Shown piece after piece: positions 55,639-64,000 of a stretch of 64,000 bases of DNA; the stretch's first letter is position 1, and each line of letters starts with the position of its first letter. The DNA lies in IMG/VR virus record IMGVR_UViG_3300042691_019533, positions 1-64,000 of that record; one strand, written 5' to 3'. The position numbers and the translations under genes were made by a program. This DNA is from a virus. The notes under the pieces are model-generated. The model saw only the letters and a program-made list of their open reading frames with translations, did no database searches and was not told the DNA's origin.

Positions 55639-57495
55639 TTAAAAAACAATAGGATAAAAAGTTTCACTTATATTTACTTTTTCTTCACTTGGTTTTATGT
55701 CTGTTTGCTTATGTTTATCTCCCCATTTTAATAACCAAGACATTAATTCGTTAGAATCTTCTGTAGTTGGTGCTTCAGGATTAAATTTTCCAACGTGGGA
55801 ATAATTAGTGTTAACTTGAGTATTAGTTTTTTTAAAAGAAGTTGTTTTACCTTCAAATAATGGACTTTTTTTAATTAATTCTGAATTATCAGTTAATGGT
55901 GTAATTTTTAAAGGTCTACCTTGATCATCGACATCTCCAATTATATAATATTTTTCAGCAACAGAAGGATCTAATATAAATAAAGCCCAAATCATTGACA
56001 TTACTCTATCGTCTCTATCAGTATCTTTTCTTTTACTAAAAGTAAAATTCGGAAGTTTAACAAACGTTTCAAGTTCTAATAAGGTATCTAAATCATTATA
56101 ATTTACTGCATTTAAACTATTCGACCAATATCTAAAATTTACAACTCCTTTATATTTTGTATTAGTATGATTATAAATACCTAATCTATTTTCTTTATTG
56201 TAAAATTTACTACCTTGTATATCGTATGAAACGATAGATTCATAATTGTGAGTATGATGTAATACATCCAATACTTGTTGTCCATTATTATTATTCTCAA
56301 CCAATACAGGTGGTCTACCCCAATCTTCTAAAATACCCATTAATCTAGTTCCAAAATGATAAGGACTTATTGAGTTAGATGCGAATACTGCAACTTGTTC
56401 TATTTTAGTTAAATCCTGTATGTTTAATATTTGAGCAACTGTATTACTTCTTCCTATTCCTTCTCCAACATCCACTCCAACTACATACACACCATCTGGA
56501 GATGGAGTAGAATATATCTTATAATATCCATCATCCATTACGTATATAGGATCTCGACATTGCGATTGTAATGATTTTAAAAGATCAGCATCTATAGCAG
56601 TTTTACCCGGTTCATGGAATTTATTACAATATTCTTGTTCAAAATCATCCATGTTATTATTCAATAGACTTAAAGTTTCCTTTTTCCATTCTTCATCTCT
56701 ACCGGGAACATCATACCAATTAACAGTTTCTAAATGCCAAGAACTTTTTTCTTTTTGAGATTCTTTATATAATTCATAGAATTTATTGTCAGTTCCATTT
56801 GGAGTCGATATAACTACAATTTGTGATTTTTTAGATGATGAAATAATTGGGATAGCAGATTTCCAAAGTTCTTGCATGACTTCATTTGGACAATGTGCCA
56901 TCTCATCAATAATTAAAAGATTTGATGTACTTCCTCTAGGACCAGAAGAAGAAGAAGTACTGACTTTTATTTCTGAATCATTTCCAAGTTGAAACCCGTC
57001 TTTTCTCCAAGACTTAACACTAGGCTTCATCCATACTGGGAGTTCTTCAAACGACATTCTTATTCTTGAAAATATTTCTTTTGCGGTTGATTCTTTGTTA
57101 GCTACAATAGTTATTCTCTTATCGGCTTGAAAACAAACCATCCATAAAGCATAAATAGTTATCGTTGTAGTTTTTCCAGATTGTCTACTCGAAAGGATAA
57201 TATTAAACCTATTATCTCTAAACGCTCTTAATAATTTTTTTTGATATTTATATAGCTCTATTTTTTTCTTTCCATCATCTATTGTATTTATAAAGAAATA
57301 ATTCTCAGCAAAATGTAATATATTTTTTGCGCATTTTTCAAACTCCTCTATTAACTCTGGAGTCCATTTAATTTGTGCTTCATTTTTTAATAAATTTTCA
57401 TTTCCTTTATAATAAGAAGCATCAACTACAATATCCTTCTCATCTATTTTTGAAAAATCAATTCTATTATTTTCTTCTTTTTTCTTTCTTCCCAT
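55639..57495 (-). CDS. gp17: Terminase large subunit (T4 gp17-like)
   Basis: LYKYQ, SRQSGKTT, LLIIDEMAH, STPNG, VPGRDE.W, FEQEY, GVDVGEG, VENN and DDRVMS. Confidence 0.95.
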   Translation of the reverse strand: MGRKKKEENNRIDFSKIDEKDIVVDASYYKGNENLLKNEAQIKWTPELIEEFEKCAKNILHFAENYFFINTIDDGKKKIELYKYQKKLLRAFRDNRFNIILSSRQSGKTTTITIYALWMVCFQADKRITIVANKESTAKEIFSRIRMSFEELPVWMKPSVKSWRKDGFQLGNDSEIKVSTSSSSGPRGSTSNLLIIDEMAHCPNEVMQELWKSAIPIISSSKKSQIVVISTPNGTDNKFYELYKESQKEKSSWHLETVNWYDVPGRDEEWKKETLSLLNNNMDDFEQEYCNKFHEPGKTAIDADLLKSLQSQCRDPIYVMDDGYYKIYSTPSPDGVYVVGVDVGEGIGRSNTVAQILNIQDLTKIEQVAVFASNSISPYHFGTRLMGILEDWGRPPVLVENNNNGQQVLDVLHHTHNYESIVSYDIQGSKFYNKENRLGIYNHTNTKYKGVVNFRYWSNSLNAVNYNDLDTLLELETFVKLPNFTFSKRKDTDRDDRVMSMIWALFILDPSVAEKYYIIGDVDDQGRPLKITPLTDNSELIKKSPLFEGKTTSFKKTNTQVNTNYSHVGKFNPEAPTTEDSNELMSWLLKWGDKHKQTDIKPSEEKVNISETFYPIVF

Positions 57496-57517
57496 GATAT
57501 AAATATTTAGTAGTAAA

Positions 57518-57916
57518 ATGAAAAAAATAAATGATTCTCAAGAATTTAAAAAAATTAAAAACGGAGATTCGATATATAAATATGCATCAACTTGGTTAAT
57601 ATATAAAACTGATATTATAAATAAAAAAAGTATTTGGAATAAAATACAAAACATTTTTAAAATCATACAAAGTAATAATGAATTCAACGCGTTAACCGCA
57701 GAACAAATAGATAAATTTTTCTTCAAAAGACCGGAAATAGATTTTGAAATTAATTTTTTTTCAGATTTAATGTCTAAATGTTTAGTTTTTAAATATAAAA
57801 ATAAAATATATTGTTACACTTATAGTTTATTAAAAAGAAAAAACGGAAGAAAAATTTTCGTTAGATTTTATTTTGATTATGAAAAATTTATAAATGAATT
57901 TGAAATTAATTATTAA
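57518..57916 (+). CDS. Hypothetical protein
   Basis: 132-aa ORF inserted on the opposite strand within the structural block. Confidence 0.5.
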   Translation: MKKINDSQEFKKIKNGDSIYKYASTWLIYKTDIINKKSIWNKIQNIFKIIQSNNEFNALTAEQIDKFFFKRPEIDFEINFFSDLMSKCLVFKYKNKIYCYTYSLLKRKNGRKIFVRFYFDYEKFINEFEINY

Positions 57917-58265
57917 ATTGTCTATTTAATTCATTAATTATAAACCATATATATTCAGATTTTAAAAGTTTCAACTTAGTACCCGGATTTGGTATTTTAG
58001 TCGCATCTTTAATATTATTATATTCGCAAACTATCCACCACAAATCAATTGTATTATAATATTTATAAGATATATATAACCATGTATCTTTTGGTTTAAC
58101 TATATATTCTTCTTCTATAGATGTATCATTAGCAGGAATTATATTTATATTTTTTAAAAGATTATAAAATTTAAATTTATTATCGTCTTCATATAAATTG
58201 AAAAATCTTTCATATCTATATATAGACATATTTTTTATATTTGGATTTTCTATTTTATTACTCAT
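57906..58265 (-). CDS. gp53: Baseplate wedge LysM protein (T4 gp53-like)
   Basis: YIVKPKDT...ISYKYY...DLWWIV...NNI.D...PGTKL. Confidence 0.8.
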   Translation of the reverse strand: MSNKIENPNIKNMSIYRYERFFNLYEDDNKFKFYNLLKNINIIPANDTSIEEEYIVKPKDTWLYISYKYYNTIDLWWIVCEYNNIKDATKIPNPGTKLKLLKSEYIWFIINELNRQFNN

Positions 58266-59414
58266 TTATTCTATTTGGATAGGTTCAGTTTGCGTGGGTG
58301 CGTTTGGATTATAATTTCTTGGAGGTAATGTTCCGGACACATCGCCTTGTATCGGAACCCTTCGTCGATCGGATTCATCGAAAGCTTGTTGTGCTGCTGA
58401 ATTATCGGTTTGTGGTGCAGTAGAATTTTTATCTTTAGCTTCTCCTCTAACAGAACTGGAACCAGAGTTTGAAGTTACTTTTATTTTATCTCCACCCATA
58501 GCCCCTAAAAAAATATTTGCGCTTTGTGGTAGTAATTCAGTAAAAGATATTGTTACTTTGTATGCTTCTGGAATCAAAGCGTTATCTATTCCATATTTTT
58601 TAAGTTCGGAAACTCTTCTTGTTGTTCCTATACTTTCAACTTTTAAATCTGAAACATAAGCAACTGGCATATATATACCACCTATTGCTTTAGCATCAAC
58701 CGTATAAATTTTTGGAGGTATATACGTCATAATAGAAGTTCTATTTTTTAAATTTTGATATGTAAAAACATTTATAAAACTTAAATTTGTATATATATCT
58801 TCTATATCACCAGTATTATATAACGGAAAAGTAATAGGTAATGTTTGTCTTGCAGTATTATCGAATTTAAATAATTCTTCTAAACCCCAACCGGGACTTA
58901 AATATCCCATTCCAGTATTTATTCCAATTCCAACTAAAGAAGAAATTAATCCACCATCATTATTATTAGAACTGTCTTTTTTATTACCGGAAGACACTAA
59001 ATTATTAATAGCTTCATTTACTCCACTTTGAACTGAACTCCATTGATTTTGTACTTGCCTTATAGTATTTCCATTGGATACTAAATAAGGAAATACATAA
59101 TTAAATCCGGTTGGTTCAGATTTGTATAATTGAGAATATATATCCAATCCTTCATTCGAAAATAAATTTTTACCTTGCTCTAATAAAGTTAAAATTGAAT
59201 TCGTAAAAACGCTATATGAGAGTTCTCTTTCTTGAGCATATATAGCTGGAACTTCTTCTGCCTTACCCCAATTTTTCCATTTAAAATTATTTAAAATATC
59301 TATAACTGAAGATTTTGAACTCAGTTTGATATAAGAACCTGATATATTAAGTTTTCCGAACTTAATACTTTTAGAAAAAGTTCCCGCAAATTTATTAGAT
59401 GCTATTCCATTCAT
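58266..59414 (-). CDS. Baseplate tail-tube cap (gp48-like)
   Basis: Lies between the tape measure gene and gp53. PP.IY.V, AYVSDL.V and IPEAYKVTISFTEL tube-fold-like motifs. Confidence 0.5.
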   Translation of the reverse strand: MNGIASNKFAGTFSKSIKFGKLNISGSYIKLSSKSSVIDILNNFKWKNWGKAEEVPAIYAQERELSYSVFTNSILTLLEQGKNLFSNEGLDIYSQLYKSEPTGFNYVFPYLVSNGNTIRQVQNQWSSVQSGVNEAINNLVSSGNKKDSSNNNDGGLISSLVGIGINTGMGYLSPGWGLEELFKFDNTARQTLPITFPLYNTGDIEDIYTNLSFINVFTYQNLKNRTSIMTYIPPKIYTVDAKAIGGIYMPVAYVSDLKVESIGTTRRVSELKKYGIDNALIPEAYKVTISFTELLPQSANIFLGAMGGDKIKVTSNSGSSSVRGEAKDKNSTAPQTDNSAAQQAFDESDRRRVPIQGDVSGTLPPRNYNPNAPTQTEPIQIE

Positions 59415-59415
59415 A

Positions 59416-61704
59416 TTATACTACTTTTAGTTGGTTTGCCGATGAATAATAATTCATTCTATTTATCCAATTACTATCTCTTACTGGAGACATTAAATAT
59501 TCTTTGTTTGAATTCCCAGATTGAGTTACTGTGGAATTATTTACAACAACAGAAGATTGATTATTTTGATTTTTTATTAAAACAGATAATTTACTGTCAA
59601 CGCTAGACATGACATCAAAAAGATTTTTTAATCCTTTATCTAAAAATCCATTTGGTTTAGCACTAAAAGTTACATCTTCTGGATTTGTAGATTTTACAGT
59701 TTTACCATTAAAAATTTTAACTTCTCCTCTTTCTTCATTATCATCAACCTTTTCTTCTGGCCATTCGAGTTGTCCGCCTCGTGGATTTATTTTCCCGCTT
59801 TCATCGTATTTCGGAATAATTCTAGGAGTTGGTTCTTTTGGGCGATTTTTAAAATCTTCATCTAATTTTTTAGCGCGGTCCAATTCAGCTTGTACTCTCT
59901 CCTGACCTCTTTTTGTTGCTTTTTCTCCGCTTTCTTGTGCATAGGTATCTTGAAGTTTTTCTAGTTCTTTTTGTCTTTTATTTAAAAATTCTAAATCTTT
60001 TTCGGCTTGCATTCTATCCGAATCGAGTACGCCACCAGAATTTAATTGTTCTGTTTTTTTGCGCATTAAATGTTTATTCTCAAAAATTTTATTTTTTAAA
60101 TCTTTGCTAGATTCTATAGCTGGTATTTCTTCTACAGCAGAATCTATTCCAAAGAAAGGAGCAACAATAGATTTTAACCAATCAGGCATACCAGAAATTA
60201 TTTTCTTACCTAATGCTTTATATAAATTACCGAATGTTATTTTTTTATTTCCGCGAGAATCTGTAGATACTCCTTGTTCATAAAAAGGTAATAAAAATGA
60301 AGATAAAATGGAAAACGGAGTTCCTTCCATAGCTTTTAATGAGCTTATAACATCTCCCGCATTACCACCTGACATCATAGCATAAGAAAATTTAACATAC
60401 GCTTCTGCTCCTTTAACTATAGAACCAATTAAAGGTATTTCTTTTATAAAGTTATAAATTGCTGGTCCTATATTTTTTAATATATTTAATTTACTTTTTT
60501 GTTGTTCTTCTGGTGTTTTACCTTCTGCTTTATAATCTAAAAAACCATTTAATACTGCCGCACCAATAGAAAGTCCTATTCCTAAAGGTGCTAGAGGACT
60601 AAACTGTAAAAGGCTGCCTATACCACCAACTACGTCTATTAAAGATCCTATATAATCTCCTTTTGTATATCTATCATAAGCAAAATAAAAACTAATTAGT
60701 GCGCCTATTCCCGGAGCAGCTTTTAATGCTACTAATCCTAAACCTCTAAATAAATTTCCAGCTATACTAGGTAGTAATGTTTTAATTCCTACTTTTGAAG
60801 CTGCTTCAGCCCCGCTTCCTATTACTGCACCAACTCCACCTTTAAAAAATATACTTAATGATGTTTCTAAGAAGTTACCAAAAGTTTTAGAAACAATACC
60901 AAAAAGACTCAATCCACTAGTAGTAAAAAATTTACCTATTCCTTCTACTATACCCATAAATTTATCTAAAAAATCAAGTTTAGTCCCAAAAAAATCTTCT
61001 AACCAAGGTTTTACATTATCACTCCAATTAGCAGCTAATAAAGTAGCTCCAACACCACCTAATAATATAGTAGTTAGAGTACCAAGAAGACCATCAAAAA
61101 AACCACTACCCGTTCTTTTATCTAAAATAATATTATTATCTTTAGAAATCTCTTCTGCTTTATTATTTTTTTCTACTACTTTATTTAAATATGTATCAAA
61201 TAATCCGTCTACATATGAAGACGTTTCTTCTGAAAATTTTATAGTAGTTGTTTTTTCACCTAAAGTTTTCTGCTCACTTAAATTTTCATCCTTTTTAGTT
61301 GTAGAACTTTCTTTAATATTAGAAGTATTTTCATCGTTTTTAACTGTTGAAGTTTCTCTAAGATTAGAGATTGAAGATAGGTTGCTTAAATCATCTATAT
61401 CTTTATTTGCTTTTTTTAAAGATTGTTTTAGTTTTGATTTATAATCTTGTAAATCTTTTTTTAATTCATCTACGTTTCTAACTGTTTTTGATAATCCTAA
61501 AGGATCAAAAATTCTTTTAATATCTTCTGTTTCTAAAGATCTTAATTCCTTTTCAAATTTATTTAAGAATTTAGATTTAAACGTTTTTCTTAAATCATTT
61601 AAATAAGTTTCATCTTGCCCAAAAAAGATTTGATTAATAAATGATTTTGCATCTACCGTTCCGTTAAATTCTAATTTAGATAAAACTTCTAAAATATCAG
61701 ACAT
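59416..61704 (-). CDS. Tape-measure-like protein (gp29 position)
   Basis: 762 aa with coiled coils, Gly/Ala-rich hydrophobic helices (KAAPGIGALIS...GDY.G.LID) and a C-terminal VVVNNS. Confidence 0.65.
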   Translation of the reverse strand: MSDILEVLSKLEFNGTVDAKSFINQIFFGQDETYLNDLRKTFKSKFLNKFEKELRSLETEDIKRIFDPLGLSKTVRNVDELKKDLQDYKSKLKQSLKKANKDIDDLSNLSSISNLRETSTVKNDENTSNIKESSTTKKDENLSEQKTLGEKTTTIKFSEETSSYVDGLFDTYLNKVVEKNNKAEEISKDNNIILDKRTGSGFFDGLLGTLTTILLGGVGATLLAANWSDNVKPWLEDFFGTKLDFLDKFMGIVEGIGKFFTTSGLSLFGIVSKTFGNFLETSLSIFFKGGVGAVIGSGAEAASKVGIKTLLPSIAGNLFRGLGLVALKAAPGIGALISFYFAYDRYTKGDYIGSLIDVVGGIGSLLQFSPLAPLGIGLSIGAAVLNGFLDYKAEGKTPEEQQKSKLNILKNIGPAIYNFIKEIPLIGSIVKGAEAYVKFSYAMMSGGNAGDVISSLKAMEGTPFSILSSFLLPFYEQGVSTDSRGNKKITFGNLYKALGKKIISGMPDWLKSIVAPFFGIDSAVEEIPAIESSKDLKNKIFENKHLMRKKTEQLNSGGVLDSDRMQAEKDLEFLNKRQKELEKLQDTYAQESGEKATKRGQERVQAELDRAKKLDEDFKNRPKEPTPRIIPKYDESGKINPRGGQLEWPEEKVDDNEERGEVKIFNGKTVKSTNPEDVTFSAKPNGFLDKGLKNLFDVMSSVDSKLSVLIKNQNNQSSVVVNNSTVTQSGNSNKEYLMSPVRDSNWINRMNYYSSANQLKVV

Positions 61705-61741
61705 ATATTATATACTTATATGTCTTAATCTTTTTTGATTA

Positions 61742-62554
61742 TCAATTCAAAAACAATAAGCTGTCAATGTTTATTATTTTTGAATAGTCTTCAAACTCAA
61801 CCTTTAATATATCATCCGATAATGTTTTCCATTTAGAAACATTTTCTAATATTTTTTGCATTATATTACTAGGTAATTTTTCTATTATTTGAACCTTTTG
61901 TTTTGGAATCAAAGCCATAAAAGATATTTCCTTATCACAAATCCAAATTTCATTTATATATTTTGTGGTTTCTGAAATAAATGCTTCAGTAATAATATCT
62001 TGAACATCCTCTTGAGTTTTAACTTGGTCTGCTTTTTTATTATTTTTAGTAAATTCTTTATCAAATTCTAATTCAGTTTTTATAGTAGGATATTTTAATA
62101 ATATTTTTATACTATTTTTTTCATTTTTAACTTCTACTATTTCATCTTTTGGAATATTGCATATTTTAAACTTTTCTAAAATTTCATTCAAATCAAAAGA
62201 TTTATTTATTTTATTTTTAGAATCAAATACAATATTTAAAGTTTCAGATATTTGTCTTCTTAATGTTATGGCTATAGACGCTTTATCTAATATATAAAGA
62301 TTGTCTATAAAATTTTCTTCTACGTCGTCTATTATATTATTTTTTAAAATTTCATAAAACGAATTAGTAAATCCCGTATTATATACAGAATTATCTATAG
62401 CAACTCCCAATAATTTTTTTTGTTGCTTTGCATCCATTTCTTTAAATTTTATTGTTTTTTGTTTTGATGGTATCCAAACATCAACAGTAAAACTTTCAGA
62501 TACAGAATTTACTAGATTTAATGCTTCATTAAAATTAATTATATTATCGTTCAT
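61742..62554 (-). CDS. Baseplate hub assembly protein (gp26-like)
   Basis: IPS.QKTIKFK....QQK.LL, L...D...I...LR, LKYPT and IEKLP. Confidence 0.7.
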   Translation of the reverse strand: MNDNIINFNEALNLVNSVSESFTVDVWIPSKQKTIKFKEMDAKQQKKLLGVAIDNSVYNTGFTNSFYEILKNNIIDDVEENFIDNLYILDKASIAITLRRQISETLNIVFDSKNKINKSFDLNEILEKFKICNIPKDEIVEVKNEKNSIKILLKYPTIKTELEFDKEFTKNNKKADQVKTQEDVQDIITEAFISETTKYINEIWICDKEISFMALIPKQKVQIIEKLPSNIMQKILENVSKWKTLSDDILKVEFEDYSKIINIDSLLFLN

Positions 62555-62559
62555 TTTTA

Positions 62560-63528
62560 TTATTTATTTGACATTTCGTTGAATTCAATCGCTAAATCTT
62601 CTAATGACTTATTGTTACCAACTTGTGATTCTTCAGAATTATTAGATTTATTATTTTCACTTATTATAGAAAAATATATTTTTCTTTCGTTTGGAGACAT
62701 ATTTAATATATAAGACGCATCCATTCCACTTCCGGATAATGTGTATATTTCTTTATATATAGATTTTATATCAAATGAGAAAAATATTTTAATAAACATT
62801 ATAAAATTTAAATTGTAAAAATTAAATTTATAATCTTTAAAAAAATCTATAGATAAAAAATCTTGATCTATTAATAAGTTTGATATTTCTAAAATTTTAT
62901 TTTCTATTTTATTTACAACTCTAGATGTTAATGAGTTTAAAACTTCTTTTTTTTCTTCTATTGAAAAATTTTTAAATGAAATTTTATTATTATTTATTTC
63001 TATAAAATCTATAAATTCATACATTATTTCATTTATAAAATTATAATTTAAATTACTTTTATTTAAAGCATTAAAAAATAATTCTATAGAACTTATAGAT
63101 GGCCATTTTAAAAAAACTTTAAAGTTTTTTTCTTCTATTATATTATTTTTAGTGCTAAAAATATATTCATTAAAATCCAATAATTTCTTTATAAAATTAT
63201 TTAGATTTAAAATTATTTTTTTCTTAGAAAAATTCTCATCATCCTGATTTATAGTCAATTCTAAAATATTACCATTACTAATACATCTTAATTTTGTCAT
63301 AAATAAAACATATTCAATAATATCTATAGTTTTAAAATCTTCATAATTTTTAACACAATTAGATATTACATCTAACGTTGATAGATAAAATTCATACAAA
63401 TCAGAATGAGAAGTTTGTAACGTTAAATTAACTTTAGATAAATATATTTGTTGTTCCGTAGTAATTTCTTTAAATTTTAAATTTATATTACTATAAGGAA
63501 GATATAGTATATGATCAAAATATATCAT
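62560..63528 (-). CDS. gp26-like protein with a gp51-like C-terminus
   Basis: LPYS...LKFKE, LR..S.G and LKWPS (gp26-like), followed by ILNMSPNERKIY (gp51-like). Confidence 0.6.
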   Translation of the reverse strand: MIYFDHILYLPYSNINLKFKEITTEQQIYLSKVNLTLQTSHSDLYEFYLSTLDVISNCVKNYEDFKTIDIIEYVLFMTKLRCISNGNILELTINQDDENFSKKKIILNLNNFIKKLLDFNEYIFSTKNNIIEEKNFKVFLKWPSISSIELFFNALNKSNLNYNFINEIMYEFIDFIEINNNKISFKNFSIEEKKEVLNSLTSRVVNKIENKILEISNLLIDQDFLSIDFFKDYKFNFYNLNFIMFIKIFFSFDIKSIYKEIYTLSGSGMDASYILNMSPNERKIYFSIISENNKSNNSEESQVGNNKSLEDLAIEFNEMSNK

Positions 63529-63535
63529 TAACTAA

Positions 63536-64000
63536 TTATTTAAGATTTAACATAAATCTAGTATTTGAATCTGATATACTATAGTTATCATAACAGAAAG
63601 AAACGTTACTATATTTCATTCCATCCTCTGCATATGAATATGTCTCGCCTTCAATAGAAATAGGAGCAACATTAAAAAATCTATAAACTTTTCTTATTTG
63701 CATTTTATTATATTGTCCAGCTTTAGCTAACATTACAATATCAACATTATCTAATTTAACTCTTTTTGGTGAGTTTTTTTCTCTAGCCATTAATCCGTAA
63801 TATCCTACAGAAATTATCCAAGGTCTAATAACTAAATCTAAAAAAGAAGCATTTGTTTCTAACATAGTAATGCTTAAATTATCTGGCTGAGATCTAGCTG
63901 ATGCAGTAGTAGGAGCTTGATATCCACCATAAGATAAACCATCATGCGATGCCGATATCGTTTCTTTAGGTAAAACGACTTGTTTTGCAAAAACACAACC
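63536..64000 (-). CDS. Partial tail-tube-fold protein (gp54/gp19-like); runs off the window
   Basis: Frame is open from 64000 (GCVFAKQVVLPKE...LSITMLETN...RPW...YRFFNVAPISI...VSFCY). Confidence 0.6.
   Translation of the reverse strand, partial: GCVFAKQVVLPKETISASHDGLSYGGYQAPTTASARSQPDNLSITMLETNASFLDLVIRPWIISVGYYGLMAREKNSPKRVKLDNVDIVMLAKAGQYNKMQIRKVYRFFNVAPISIEGETYSYAEDGMKYSNVSFCYDNYSISDSNTRFMLNLK

Noticed and set aside
35956-57495. Inteins or introns in the polymerase, UvsX, helicase or terminase
   Set aside because: Protein lengths are normal, motifs are contiguous and no intein splice or LAGLIDADG signatures were seen.
1811-60283. Short opposite-strand ORFs in the track (e.g. 1811..2110, 4491..4751, 17034..17480, 25115..25579, 48989..49288, 59609..59905)
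   Set aside because: They lie antisense to or inside well-supported genes and show no motifs, so they are treated as shadow ORFs.
1-64000. Stop-codon reassignment, as in some large AT-rich phages
   Set aside because: Core genes (gp20, gp43, gp17, gp46, gp41) are full length in the standard code, coding density is high, and TAA, TGA and TAG all end genes.
1-64000. tRNA, rRNA or other structured RNA genes
   Set aside because: Intergenic gaps are short and AT-rich and no cloverleaf or T-loop pattern was seen by eye. A tRNAscan/Infernal run would be needed to exclude them.

Overview
The window is part of a very AT-rich (about 25% GC by eye, not computed), large T4-like myovirus genome read in the standard genetic code. 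It holds: (i) minus-strand tail-fibre/virion genes with Trp-periodic internal repeats, the portal (gp20) and gp15; (ii) a GroES-like co-chaperonin, gp62, primase, a P-loop kinase and a holin-endolysin pair; (iii) a plus-strand replication/recombination block (UvsY, UvsW, gp55 sigma, gp47, gp46, family-B DNA polymerase, UvsX, gp41 helicase, DHH phosphoesterase, gp32, gp45); (iv) a minus-strand baseplate/packaging block (split gp5, gp27-like hub, gp3, terminase gp17, gp53, gp48-like, tape measure, two gp26-like genes, partial gp54/gp19-like). The most striking element is a 12.3-kb, 16-gene glycan synthesis and methylation island between gp47 and gp46. It encodes GT2 paralogues, GT47/exostosin-, GT34- and GT77-like enzymes, a GT4, UDP-galactopyranose mutase, an NDP-sugar epimerase and four methyltransferases. 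Two more glycosyltransferases lie next to the DNA polymerase and gp62. Other notable points: a gp5 OB-fold with an M15-type peptidase inserted inside it; sigma70-like promoters placed 5-10 nt before start codons with no Shine-Dalgarno (leaderless-type expression); and a non-coding promoter plus repeat region that may be an origin. No tRNA, rRNA, CRISPR array, intein or integrase was seen. All family assignments come from motif recognition and synteny, not database searches.
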